Positions 40,479 through 52,566 are shown, numbered from the whole stretch's first letter. The stretch: 62,798 nt of DNA, filler included, from Choristocarpus tenellus KU-1152 (GCA_964200185.2; 8 parts of 8 records of this genome joined end to end with filler, not necessarily neighbours in it); one strand, 5' to 3'. Notes: generated from the letters alone by a model not told the origin. Translations and numbers: made by a program.

Positions 40479-41271
40479 ATGTCTCCTCCCCTTTTCAAGG
40501 ACCTGAACAAGACGGCCAAAAGTGAGTCAGCATTGTGACACCCTATGCCGCAACCTACTGATTAGACCCCTCCGTCCGCTTTGGTGCATTGTAGCTAGGT
40601 GTAAGTTATTTTCTGGACCCATGCAATGGTTAGGATACTACCGAGGTTGCTCAGAATCCAGCAAGCGACTCTTTTTTTGTCTGTCACGGAAATAAAGTTT
40701 TTTAGAGAAAATCTGTACGAGACAAGCAGTCACAAGGTGGTTTTTGCACTCCTACGTCGGTGCTAAAGATTTAATATAACGTGGTACTACTACATTCCCT
40801 TTAAAACACAGCTTATCAATTCCTTGTGCCTGTTCTTCAACTATGAAAATGTCCTCCGTCCGCAAACCTTCACAAGCACTAACTAGTTGTCTATTACCTC
40901 TCAAATCAAATCTGGAACTTGTTTTCTCCCCTCAATACTGTAGTGTATATATGCACATTCATAAAGATTATCTTGTCAGCACCACGACTACCAGGGCAGC
41001 CTGTATCTAAATTCACCTCACATGTGCATTCAATGTCCTAAAACGTCATAAATTTCCTGTTTTTATTTTCCTCGGTGGTTAATGTTCTACCACTGCCATC
41101 GTAGATATCCAGGAGGATGACTACTCCCTTAAGCGCACCCTCAAGGTCAAGCACACTACCCCAAATGGTGTGGGTGTCACCACTAAGAATGAGCACAAGG
41201 ATGGAGTGGTGGGAACTATTGAAGCCAAGTACGCCCACAAGCCATCAGGGGTATCAATCGACAAGCTCACT
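40479..41271 (+). CDS. VDAC: Mitochondrial outer-membrane porin (VDAC), first two coding exons
   Basis: Exons 40479-40521 (donor A|GTGAGT) and 41105-41271 (TAG acceptor, GTGAGA donor) give MSPPLFKDLNKTAKNIQEDDYSLKRTLKVKHTTPNGVGVTTKNEHKDGVVGTIEAKYAHKPSGVSIDKLT. This matches the VDAC N-terminal helix PP.F.DL.K.A.D+..+DY plus the first beta strands. The rest is off-contig. Confidence 0.88.
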
Positions 41272-41541
41272 GTGAGAGAAGAGAGAGGGCGGAGTCAGAG
41301 CAAATGGAAGGGAGAGGAGGAGGAGGGAAGGAACCTCTGAATGAACAAAATTTTTGATGTCATGCATGTAGATAAGCAAGGAAGTGATGTACTTTAGTCA
41401 GGGAGGGTGAGAGTTGTTTTGTGGGTGATGATACCTTGACACGTGTGCAGAGCATTTTGGTCTCGTGTCATTGATAAAGTTTTTAAGAAGTATCTCATAC
41501 CCAGACAAGTGTCACTGCAGTTGTTATTGTCTCCTCCCCCC

Positions 41542-41641
41542 NNNNNNNNNNNNNNNNNNNNNNNNNNNNNNNNNNNNNNNNNNNNTTAATTAATTAANNN
41601 NNNNNNNNNNNNNNNNNNNNNNNNNNNNNNNNNNNNNNNNN
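41542..41641. other. Artificial contig linker
   Basis: N44-TTAATTAATTAA-N44. Confidence 0.98.
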
Positions 41642-42230
41642 TACCCCCCCCCCATTTCCCCCCTCCCCCTTGTACCCCCCCTTGCGACCAACCAGTGCAA
41701 CCCCCCCCCCCCTGATTTCCCGTCCCCCCCCCCCCCTGCAATGAACAACCAATGCGAACTCCTTTTGCCACTGTTTCCAGTCACCCCCCACATTCAATGA
41801 CCAACCAATGCGACCCCTTCGTCACTGATTTCCAGTCACCACCTCACCCTTCAACCTCACTCAACCCCACACCCACTTACCGCTCCACCACACTATTCAA
41901 CACCACTCACCCTCACAAGACTTTCCCCCACTTACCGCTTCCCAACACCATTCAACGCCACTCAACCCCCCAACATCTTCCCCGACTTACCACTCCCCCA
42001 CACCACTCAACACCACTTCACGAACATCCAAGAACACCCCTTCATCATCCACTTCGTACCATGCCTTTGAATTAGAAGATATCTACCCCGCCCAAACTTG
42101 ACCTCTCCCCCCTTTCCCAGCATCCCAATCGGTCGTGAGCAAGCAAAACGATGGGTGGGTGGGAGAGATTGCTCGGAGGTTGTCTTGTTCTAGCCCTCCT
42201 CGTCCTGTACCACCAGCCTTAGATTTTCCT
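41642..42230. repeat. C/A-rich dispersed repeat with CCAATGC subunits, copy 1
   Basis: Its 3' part (ATCT..CCC..TGACCT..CCCCC..TCG.GAGCAA..GATTGCT.G.G..GTTG.CTT) matches 49836-49980. Confidence 0.5.
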
Positions 42231-42445
42231 TTTTTCCCGGCCATTCCTTCTTACCTCGTATTTTCACGTACCATCCATTTCTTTAACTTCTACCACTTCT
42301 GCCTCCTATCCACTCGTCACTCAACTCTTCGTTCAAACCTTGACTAATTATTATTTTCCCTTGCTCACGCCTCCCTTCCTTGTACATCTTTTCTACCAGA
42401 ATTCTCCCAGTCCCAAAACTCAGAGTACTTAATAAACTTTCCCAG

Positions 42446-43227
42446 TAGTAGTAATGCTGCTCTCCTATTTTGGACCTACCCCATTTCTAGTTTTATATTG
42501 GAGTCTGTGAGGTCGGCCTTTTTAGGTCGTTTAGTCCGCGTGAAAATATTCGTGTTAGAAGAACATCCCCCCCCCTTTTTGTTTTTGTCAAAATGAGTAC
42601 AAAAAAACAACAAAATGGAATACATCTCGTCAAAGATGTGAAAGTAAGAAGATACCTTAAGTTCGTCGCCACAAAGTCTAACTCACCTTAAAAGTAATTT
42701 CTGTCAACCATGAAGAAAAGGCGACACTGACAGTTTGGGGCGACGTTCAACCCGAGGAAATATGTAGGACAGATCCCTCAACTACACTAACCATCAAGAA
42801 AGACGTATCTCATTCCCAAATTACTTTCAGTAAACTATAGATGAGGGAAATCGAGGCTGTTCGTCTGGGTGATATTCAAGCGGAAGAAGAAAAGTGTAGG
42901 ACATCGCGCAATAGTAGAAATGCTGCTCTCCTCTTCCGTACCTACCCCCATCATTTCTAGTTTTATATTGGAGTTTGTGAGGTCGGCCTTTTTTGATCGT
43001 TTAGTCCGCGTTGAGAATATTCAAGTTAGAAGAATATCCCCGACACCTGTTGTTATTGTCAGAGTGAGTACAAAAAACAACAAAATGGAATGCATCTCAA
43101 CAAAGATGTGAAAGAAGATACCTACAAAGTATAACTCACCTTAAGAGTAATTTCTGTGAACAAGGAAAGAAAAGGCGAGACTGACAGTTTGGGCGACGCT
43201 CAACCCGAGGAAGTATTTAGGACAGAT
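42446..43227. repeat. Diverged direct duplication of ~320 bp (42446-42774 and 42912-43227)
   Basis: Long shared blocks: CATTTCTAGTTTTATATTGGAGT.TGTGAGGTCGGCCTTTTT, TCGTTTAGTCCGCGT, AACAACAAAATGGAAT.CATCTC, AACTCACCTTAA.AGTAATTTCTGT, CAACCCGAGGAA. Confidence 0.9.
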
Positions 43228-43546
43228 ATTCCATTCTCTCTTCTCTGATCGGTTGCTATCAATATGGCTACCAAGCCCTTCTTCTGGTGGAAATATCACA
43301 TACACAACACACACAAAGAAAGCACACACACAGGACGAAAAGCTGGACAACATATCACCTGTAGTGGATATCAATCCTTGAAACTTGTTCATAAAAAGGT
43401 GAGGATAGAGCAATCCCGTTTACCCTGACTGAGTCTTCAGAATATACCATGATCCCTCATTTCCAATCTGGCATCCCGTATCCTGACATTGTTTGCCTTC
43501 GCTGGCACCATGCTGACCGGTATGCCATCCTCGTCCTGCCTGCAGG

Positions 43547-46517
43547 GAATTTATTTCAAAAGGAATAGAGGAGGTCTCGAGGAAGCAGCGACTTGCAAAC
43601 GTCAATACTGATCTGCGGGCTCACGAGAAAACCTTGCAGAAGCAACGTGACCAGATAAACGCAATGACAAAATCTATGGGGACGCGGATCACGTGGATGG
43701 CCCTTTCTCTGGCAACAGGCGGGTTGTCGAAGCTGATCCAAATTCCTTGTGATCTACAGGCAGGTAGTAAAAAAAGGCGTGCTCAGGCCGACTTCAAGCT
43801 TGAGCAGTTCATAACAGCAGATATTTATTACTGTCATGGTGAGCGTGAGGGCTATGAAGGACTCCATAAACCTGGTGATAGTGACCCTGAAAAGCTCCTC
43901 CTTTCAAAGGAAGAATGGGGAACGTGTAGGGCTGTCATCCTGGAGAAGCTCAAGGAAATATCGAGCGCTTTTTGGTTTGAGGTAGATAGATTCCAAAGTG
44001 TCCAAAGTTTCCTTGATGTAGCGGGCGAGGAAATACTGGGAATTCCCGTTGATACTGTTGCTGAACAACTAGGGAGTGTCTTGTGGGATAGTATTGGTGA
44101 CACAGGTATCTTCGAAACTATAGCTGGAACTGCCGTGGACGTACTTATTTGATATCTAAGAGTGGGTTTTACTTGCAAGGGCAATTCAACTTTAGCAGTG
44201 TGACACTAGCGTGTCTCTCGGAGTTGTTTGTGGAGGTTACGGTTAGTGCTAAGCCTTTTGCCGATATTATCGGAATACACGGTACACTTTCACTCACGCT
44301 CTTTTATGGTGCATTCTGTGCATTCTGTCTGGCAGTTGCTTCAGAACACACATGTTCCGAAGCGCCAAGGTAGTCAGTTAGCTTGACCTGAGGTTGTAAT
44401 GTATCTCCTTCAGGGAACACTATAGCGGAATGGTTTTATGTACGTTTTCTGCCATGAGCTGATGCTTACCATGGTCATTTACCCGTACCATTAACTTTGT
44501 GGCTTGAAATACTCATGCCAGCACATGTATCTATATTTCTCTTGTTATATCCCACCCACACCAAGATGGCAGGGGCTTCAAATTCATTATGCTTTGTTGC
44601 AGGCTTCCAGTGCGCTTACTCCTGAGTTATTGATGTCGACCCTGCTTAACATGGTGAATCCGCAGGAGGTTGCTATACATATACGCGTCGTCATATTGTG
44701 TTCTTCAAAACACATGCATAAACACACGCATCCCTCACCTTGTAGAAAGTGACAGCTTCATGACAGAGGTATTGGGCTCAGCCCTACAGCAAAGCAAACG
44801 CGTGCCAAGTGTAGGAACCCTGTACGTGACCCTCTCCCCGACATTTTGCAACAATGCAAGCATGATTACTAAGCAGCCCCAGATATAGGGCATCTTCAGG
44901 TCAGTGGACTACCTGTCACCTCCGATAATGCCCCACCAGTAGAGTACACATGATCCCAACAACGAATTCCTGTGTGTGGGAATATTGGATAAAATATAAC
45001 AATTGGCAAAAATACTTTCTTCACAACCAGTATCATTGATCACATCATGTTCTCTGCATGACAAAGTCTTCCTCAGACATCCATCATCGCCAAGAAGGAA
45101 ACTATATCAGGGGAGATGTCAGTATTTGCTCAAATAACTGAGACAAGACAGACCACAATTCATGGAAGGATTATTACAAGCAACATTGGCGAACCTGCCA
45201 AGAACCAACCCTACTTCAATGGGATCCACTGCTCGTCCTTATTGATCACAACAGGGTTGGTCAAGCAAGAGAAACAAGTAGGGCAATAGAACAGGAAAGA
45301 TCATCTTCCTGTGCCACGGAGATACACAACTGCCAATGGTAAGCATAACAGGTGCCCATTTTCCAGAAAAATGCAAATAACGCCTTCAAGGGATTCTGGC
45401 CAAAATCAGTCCTCTTCCAGTCATCACAAACTTCCCTTTGAGAAAGATGGGCATTCCAAGTGAGGCTGGAGCCCATTGCACCTGAACTCTCCTCCACTAC
45501 AAAAAATAACCCTGAAGCATGCATGAATGCTTTTAGAGTATACATAGCCAGAAGACCACGTAAAAAATATGGCTGCAGGCTCTCGTCCAATACTGATAGC
45601 CTTCTTATCCTATCCTACTCCCTCCCAACAAGATCGGAAATCAATGCCCGCATGATCGAACCATCATCGTATCTGTGCTATATGACCAAGAGCATGTACA
45701 GAGAAGAAGAACCGCAACTGTATGTAGCTTTTCTGGCCCACAAAAGAAATCTAAGCCTCCATCCACGAAGTCGTGTATCCATTCTAGGCATTCAAGCGTC
45801 AGGTTTCATTTGTTGCTTTTTGGACAGGTGTGGAAAGAAGAGCAACTTGTGGTGGAAGGGTCTTGTTGGTAAGCTGTGTGGAAATATGGGACATGGTCGT
45901 CCCGTAGTAGTAAGTGTAACACATGCAGTGACAATGGCGCGATACAAAGCATCTTGCCATACTGGTACCTCCGTTTGCAATAGGCTGGTTGAATAATATA
46001 TAGGTGGACAAACGAAGTTGTTTGTTGCTTTTATTTTTCTCGTTTGATAGTCGTGTGTTACTGTTTAGTCTAGTGAGCATGAAAATAAAATTACTTCGTA
46101 ACTTTTTATTGTCCCCAGCTGTGACACAATAGACAAATGCTTGGGATATACTCCTGGATTATTTTTTTTCACAGGACTAGCAAAAGGCAGGGATTGTCCG
46201 GACATTATTGCGAAATACCGAGCATATTCAAGTACTTCTTCCCAATATCATTGGTGGTCCTAAGCAGAGCTGAAGCGCTTGGTCAAAACTATTATTCCCT
46301 TGCCCAGGAAACAAGTCGATTAGCCCATCGAGCATCATCTATTGCATGCTACGTCGAGTGCCAGACCAAAAAGCCGTGTATTATTGATGCACTTCTAGGT
46401 AGTTGTCTGTTGGCAATCAATAAGTGTTACGAGGGTTCCTGTACCTTACTATTTTGCATTAAGCCACAAAAGGGGCGAAGAAGTCCTGTATTATGGTGGT
46501 GTGATGATTCATTGTGA
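43547..46517 (+). pseudogene. Uncharacterised gene fragment or probable pseudogene
   Basis: Acceptor ctgcag at ~43546 opens a ~200-codon frame (EFISKGIEEVSRKQRLAN..AVDVLI*). After a stop and frameshift at ~44150 another frame continues to donor AG|GTAG at ~44369. A phase-matched acceptor (ttttttcacag, ~46173) then opens a frame to 46517. No family recognised. Confidence 0.4.
45330..45790 (+). mobile_element. Degenerate LINE reverse transcriptase fragment
   Basis: W*A*QVPIFQKN..GFWPKSVL..L*ER, then NAFR and LYVAFLAHKR, in the order of LINE RT motifs W..A.++PI.K..YRPISLL..K.LER / Q.GFR / F+D+.KAFD. Confidence 0.45.
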
Positions 46518-47055
46518 ATGGACGAGCAGGTACCAGATTTCGAGTGAGACTTGAGCAAGTACCTGTGGGAGTACTGAACTCAACAAGAAAGAAGCAACGT
46601 ACATATAGGTCAGTACAGTTGGTTGTGGTGCAACTGCTGGTCAGTAGTTAGTATGTGAGGTAGTCCAGTGTGTAGCGGCTCTGACCATGGGTCGAGGTCA
46701 TCCTCAGACTAAAACAATAACAGTAAATAATATCAACAGTGGCGTTAAGTTCTAGAGATAGTTTTGCCAGTCATACACCCTTGATATTAAGCCTCTTCAA
46801 AATATACCTATTAGTGTGGCGCACTGCAAGTGGATTACAGGTGCACAATTTGGAGACGACAGTCAATAGAGCCAAAAGGTGACTCTCGATATTCAAGAGA
46901 CACCTATCCAGGTGATCATTGTATCTGGAGAGGAAATTTACGAATTGCAAGCATCCAGCCAATATATAAAAGGGTTTGCATGTGTGAACCAATTCTCCTA
47001 GAGCAATACGCAAACGACATATTTCTACTTCGATGTAGTCAATACCTGCAGTAGT

Positions 47056-47768
47056 GAGTTGGAGTGAAAGTATCTTAGAGGGTACGAATTATGCCCTGTT
47101 GGTCCGTTTGGGGCTTGGGTTCCCGAAGGTGTTTTATGACATTTTCCTACTTCGAAATGTTTAGGAGTAGGTAAATTGTATACGTTTTGAAAAAGTGTGT
47201 TCGGGACAAGGATATTGACACTTCCTAACAAACACGATAGCCAAAACCACGTCAAAATCGGAACATTGGATTTTGGCCCCCAAATGGACGCGGCTCTACC
47301 CTCCAAGATACTTTGACTCTTGCATTTTAAGGATGCTGACCAGTGTTTCGCTCCAGCAACGATACTGTCTGGAAACGATATCCACTGCTAAACCATTGTG
47401 GTCTCATGGTTTCTCTGTTGTATCAGGTCAAGAACTCTGTGTTGGGTGTTTACAACATACCAAGTCAGGACAGATCAGCAACTCACACCCTCACCTGTCT
47501 CAAACTAGAAGGACTGTGTCTTGTTGACTTTAGGTTCCATCCAGTCGTTTCAACGTTTTGTGTACGTGCAAAACTCGGCATTTTTTACAAGTGCGCACAG
47601 GAAATGTTCCGAATTGCGTTGAAAAGTTTCAAACAATAGAGAAATCAACCCTCTCGAGTCAAACCTAGCACCTCATCCATATCAAAATGGGTGAATTGCA
47701 AAAGATTGGAAAACTGGCTTATAATGCGAAACGCCTAAAACGTGGGTACCTCTCGCTTGCTTTAGCTC
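47056..47768. mobile_element. MITE family B copy, interrupted by a family A element and ~200 bp of other sequence
   Basis: GAGTTG|[A]|TTGCATTTTAAGGATGCTGAC and 47560-47768 match the family B copy at 9503-9712. Ends GGGTACCTCTCGCTTGCTTTAGCTC. Confidence 0.65.
47062..47319. mobile_element. MITE family A (258 bp), nested in family B
   Basis: TIRs GAGTGAAAGTATCTTAGAGGGTA ... TACCCTCCAAGATACTTTGACTC. TSD TTG/TTG. Confidence 0.9.
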
Positions 47769-48632
47769 GAGTAATATTTGTTATATGTCAACTGCATTGA
47801 AATGTTTGCGGGATTACTCTTTCCTAATGCAAAATGTTTTGAGCGAGGTGGTGCTACTGTTCTTTATGTGGTAATGCTATTTGTTAGTAGTGAAGATAAA
47901 AAGGTGTGAAGCCTAACACGACCCCCTTTGCTGAACGTGATTACATGGTTGAAATAGGAAGAGAGATTGACCTTTGTGGGGTGTCTTCTCATTGCTTGTT
48001 TATTATTATTATGTCTCATACGTAAGTCCACGGTTATGTCAAAGTAGTTGAGTGCAGAATAAAAACCAATACATATTACCATATGTAATCCGGATGTACT
48101 ATCTCATTAGTTACATCACATGGACTCAATTCAACACAATAATCTCATATACACAAAATAAGGTGCACCTCACTATTGTCCTATTTTGCACACTTTACCC
48201 TTTGGGGCTAAAAGTTCGACCGAAGAATGACGGGCGTGGGCCTGACTGTTGTGCCACCCTGGTCTATAAAGAGTGTGCACAAGTTAGAGATACCAACTAT
48301 TAATAATTCATGGTCATGTCCACTTTCGAACATATGCACATGTTTATGTTTGAGTTACTTTGAGGTTGAACAAATCAAGTGCAATGTCAAGGTACAAAAT
48401 ATCGAATATCAATACCAGCCGTTGGTGCGAATAAATTAATTGAGATCAATTGTCTCTGGGCACCTACGTACTTCTCTGTGATTTAGTACTCACTTATGGA
48501 CTAGATCTAGGTCAAAAACCTACTTCTAATGCGTCCTTTAGGAGGATTGCGGCGATCAATCAAACACTTGAAATATTGGATTATTAGTGGTTTCGAACCA
48601 CTATTGATAATGCCTACTCTCATTAAATATGA

Positions 48633-48891
48633 GAGCCAAAGTATCTTAGAGGGTAAAGCCGCGTCCATTTGGGGGTCAAAATTCAATTTGGCGATTTTCA
48701 TGTAATTTTGGCTATTGTGTTTGTTAGGAAGTATAAATATCCATGTTCTGGATACACCGTTTCATATCATATACATTTTGCCTACGCATAAACATTTTGG
48801 AGTAGAAAAATGTGATGAAAACCCCCAAGAGAAGCCAAGCCTCAAATGGACAAACAGGACAAAACTCGTACTCTCTAAGATACTTTCACTC
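48633..48891. mobile_element. MITE family A (259 bp)
   Basis: TIRs GAGCCAAAGTATCTTAGAGGGTA ... TACTCTCTAAGATACTTTCACTC. TSD TGA/TGA. Confidence 0.9.
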
Positions 48892-49321
48892 TGAAGAAAA
48901 TTATGCTTGTCATACACGGGATTAGCCCATTCACAACGTGTTCACCATGTTATCATTACGTCAGGTCTCAACTAGTCATGTAAACAGTGCACGCGCCTGT
49001 TGCACGAAGTCATGGTGGTGTGTGTTTCTTCCTACAGAGTGGTGTAGACGATTAAGGGCATGAAAAATTGCATTATTCCTTGTATTGAAGTACTGTTGCC
49101 TACCCCAGGAGCCATAAAAATTAGCAAACGGTGTGTGTCGTACTGGCCTAGGGGCCATGCAAGGTTGGTTGGGCATGGTATTGTTCCTTCCGGTCTCATC
49201 TGCTAACGCGATTTTACACTGCTTTCTTGCACAGAGTTACAGTGTGTGTCCTTCCTTACACGGAAGGGTCCAGGCCATTTGGAAAACATACTGACTACTG
49301 CACTATTCCTTGCTGTTCTGG

Positions 49322-49980
49322 ACCCCCAATCTCCGCGTATCCAATCCTCGCCCATCCTGTAAGTGAAAGTATCTTAGAGGGTACGAGTTTTTCCCTATTT
49401 GTACATTTGGGGCTTGGTTTCCCATGGAGTTTTTTATGGCATTTTACCTAATCCAAAATGTTTCAGAGTAGTAGGTAAAATGTATACGCTATGAAAAGGC
49501 GCCTCTAGAACAAGGATGTTGGCACTTCCTAGCAACCATGATAGCCAAGATTACATCAAAACCGCAACATTGGATTTTGACCCCGAACCGGACATGGCTC
49601 TACCCTCAAAGATACTTTGACTCTGTCAATTCCCACTCATCCAATCATCACCAATGTAGACAATTTTCCCATATCCGATCCCCATCAATCCTGCCGTTTC
49701 CCCCCGTATCCAACCCCCACCAATGCAGCCACTTCCCACTCATCCAATCCAACAACAATCCTCCCAAAACGCCCCACCTCCATCCATGACACTCCACGTT
49801 CTTCCTCAACACTCCACACATCCACCCCCATACGGTATCTTTCCCACCCGAGCTGACCTTCCCCCCCCTTAATTCCCACTCAATCGCGAGCAATCGAGAG
49901 GGGTTAGTTAGGCAGGCGGAAAAGATTGCTAGAGAAGTTGCCTTTATCCCGCTCCCATTTGCCGATCTTCTCTAGCCTTT
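49322..49980. repeat. C/A-rich dispersed repeat, copy 2 (interrupted by MITE A)
   Basis: Similar composition, CCAATG subunits and a 3' block shared with 41642-42230. Confidence 0.5.
49361..49623. mobile_element. MITE family A (263 bp)
   Basis: TIRs AAGTGAAAGTATCTTAGAGGGTA ... TACCCTCAAAGATACTTTGACTC. TSD TGT/TGT. Confidence 0.9.
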
Positions 49981-50449
49981 TACTTCGACCTTGAGCAAAA
50001 ATGATTGAGAGGTAGGCATGTTTGGGTCCTTTTGCCTTGAACATCTTACCCTCTGGAATACACCCTCTTATTTTGTTGTTTCATTTATACAGCAGTTTAC
50101 AAAAAAAATGATGTTCATCCTTTCCAGAAACAAAGTGACACCACAATTCAATTAAGCCTCTGATGTACAAAGCGTTGTTGTACGACATCAACAACTGTTG
50201 ACTTCCATTCTGTCTACTCATCCTCAGTCCCTCTCCCCTACTGCCTCTCAGTTCTCACTAACTTAACGATTATCTGGTCTGCTTTCAGGCCATCCAAATA
50301 TTTCACCTTTTATCTACGCTCCCTATACTTTTCTTGTTTTCTCACGATGTCAATTGGCGTTTTTGTGTACCTTGATGAGTTCTCATGTGAAAAAAATCGG
50401 ATTACTTCGAAAACCAACCCATTTTTTGTCTGGGAGGCATCCCTGATAT

Positions 50450-50660
50450 TTGTCGCTTCTCTTGTGCCGTGTTCGACTATTTCCTGACAACACATTCTCA
50501 GGGCTTTCCCCCTTCTTCGGTGCACATTCCTCCACTCTTGTCCATAGTTTTCGCGGTTCATGCGTACCTCCAAATGCAGCAGCTTCTTGGGGTAAGTATG
50601 ACATGTTGGCTGTGACGTTTCCATATGATTTACGTGTCCCGTGTCGGCGTATTTTCACGC
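50450..50660 (-). mobile_element. Possible degenerate RTE-like LINE C-terminal fragment
   Basis: KIRRHGTRKSYGNV / YPKKLLHLEV..GQEWRNV resembles IR.RRLRW.GHV.RM...R.PK.+L+.E...G...W...V. Confidence 0.3.
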
Positions 50661-50959
50661 ATGCGATTATTTACTTTTAGGTTAGGCTTACGTAGAGGTT
50701 TCTTGGTGATAGTTTGAAGTGTGTTAAGCATGTTGTGATTTTTGGGGAAGTTTTGATGGAATCACCGCTCAGTAGTATTTGCTAACCCTAACCCTAATAT
50801 TCTGCTGTTCATTGCCAATGTATGCTTGGTATCATTCTACTAGTACTCCCTAGTCACTTACAGTTGTAGTTGCCAGTGTGCTGATAACCTAGTGTGACGC
50901 AAGCATAGCCCCTGACCTCACATAATCTTCCAGTAAAGGCAAGACAAAGGTGTACTCTC

Positions 50960-51300
50960 AATCCTGCTCAAATTTGCATCACTCTACTCCTTTCCCCCCA
51001 TAGCACGTAGCAGCAATACATTGCGTCCATATTCCAATGCCGAAGGTCTTGTCCAAACTCCTTGTTCTTGAAAAGGAGTTGTAGTAGGCCTAAGGTCGTG
51101 ATATGAGTGAGTGCTTGTAGCCCAAGGAGAGGGGATTCAGGGTTTGTCGAGGCTCTTCCAATCATGTGGGAGATTAATAGAGTGTAGATTTTGCAATCAT
51201 AGATATTCCCATTCTATGACGGATGGAACCAGACCTAGTGAGTTCTCTGTTCTAGTCAAGCACCACTGGGCAGTAAACTGGTAGATTCATAGGGCTTACA
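50960..51300 (-). mobile_element. Degenerate Ty3/gypsy RNase H remnant
   Basis: SGA*LEQ..HP, then LLG..LTHITT..LLQLLFKNKEFGQDLRHWNM, then DANLSR, following gypsy GAVL.Q..HP / LLG..F...TDH..L..L..K....L.RW / ADALSR. Confidence 0.5.
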
Positions 51301-52445
51301 GTGTCCGCGATCAGATCTCGCTACTCCATCAAGCAACAATCGAGTGTTTTTCTCTCCTACTTCTCCATGTCGTGGGCAATACTTCAACATCCAACAGATA
51401 TTTCTTAACCAAAACGAGAGGAGTAGCCTAGCCTGTGGGATCGATGTGGTGTGGGAATGCAGGAGAGAGGTGGTAATCGGTTAGGTTTTGCATGTCGTTA
51501 GTTACGAGGGTCAGGCGAGTTCAAGGTGCATACAACAGCGTAAGGTTGTCATAGGTACCTCCAATCTTTTTGGGGTGATTTGATATTTGATATGATTATG
51601 GCAAAACAATCTCTTGATCTTGATAAGAGACGATATTCAAAATGGGGCAAATAGGCAGATTTCTCAACTCTTCTTCAAACATTCGACATTTATCTGTTGC
51701 AGGGGAACTGTATTCCTGAAGTACGTGTGGATGGAACAAATGGGTAACTTTGAGGTTCTTTTTAACTGACGAAAATTCACACCAAGTAGGATGAAAACGG
51801 ATGGCAGTTCATACATCATCAGTTGAAACTCAAAGCATTCTCACCATGACTACTTGACTGAGTGGTTTCACATAGATAACGCATACTTGGAAGGGTTGGA
51901 GAACTAGTTATCGCTTAATAACTATTTCTGTGGGTCAATACCTTTCCAATAGAGTTATGCTATTCATCCTGACTGATGAGGGATGGGGCACACTACCAGA
52001 CAATGTACCTGACTAGGCAAGCAAAGCCATCAACGACAAATAAGGTATTGATAAACAAGAAAGCGGTACAAGGGACAACACGGAAGTTGATGGTGAAGTT
52101 GAGGTATTGGGTAAGAATGCGGCCCCCAATACCAAAGGAAGGTCACGAGTTTGGATCTTTTTTCATAAATGGATGTCTCGGCAGGCATTTCAAGCTGAGG
52201 ACTAAATGCCTTGCGTAGAAATGTGACTCGATGAGGGAGAGACCCCCTCTGATATGATGACGAGAGCAACCATCACTCTAGCAGGACATAAGCTTTTGAA
52301 GGCAAGAAGGCGACCAAGACATCACACGTATGAGCAGGCCAATGGGTTGCCCTCCACTTATAGGCGGAGAGAGGGGAAGTGCCCACAATAGGGCACGGTT
52401 GGAGATCACCCAGGAGGATAAACTGCAGTACCAGCTGGAGGAATA

Positions 52446-52466
52446 GGGTCAACGTATCTGGGGGGG
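52446..52466. mobile_element. Terminus of MITE family C at contig end
   Basis: GGGTCAACGTATCTGGGGGGG. Confidence 0.55.
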
Positions 52467-52566
52467 NNNNNNNNNNNNNNNNNNNNNNNNNNNNNNNNNN
52501 NNNNNNNNNNTTAATTAATTAANNNNNNNNNNNNNNNNNNNNNNNNNNNNNNNNNNNNNNNNNNNN
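52467..52566. other. Artificial contig linker
   Basis: N44-TTAATTAATTAA-N44. Confidence 0.98.

Noticed and set aside
41642-49980. The two C-rich repeats as LTRs of one 8-kb retrotransposon
   Set aside because: Similarity is low, there are no TG..CA ends, PBS or PPT, and the interior lacks gag-pol colinearity.
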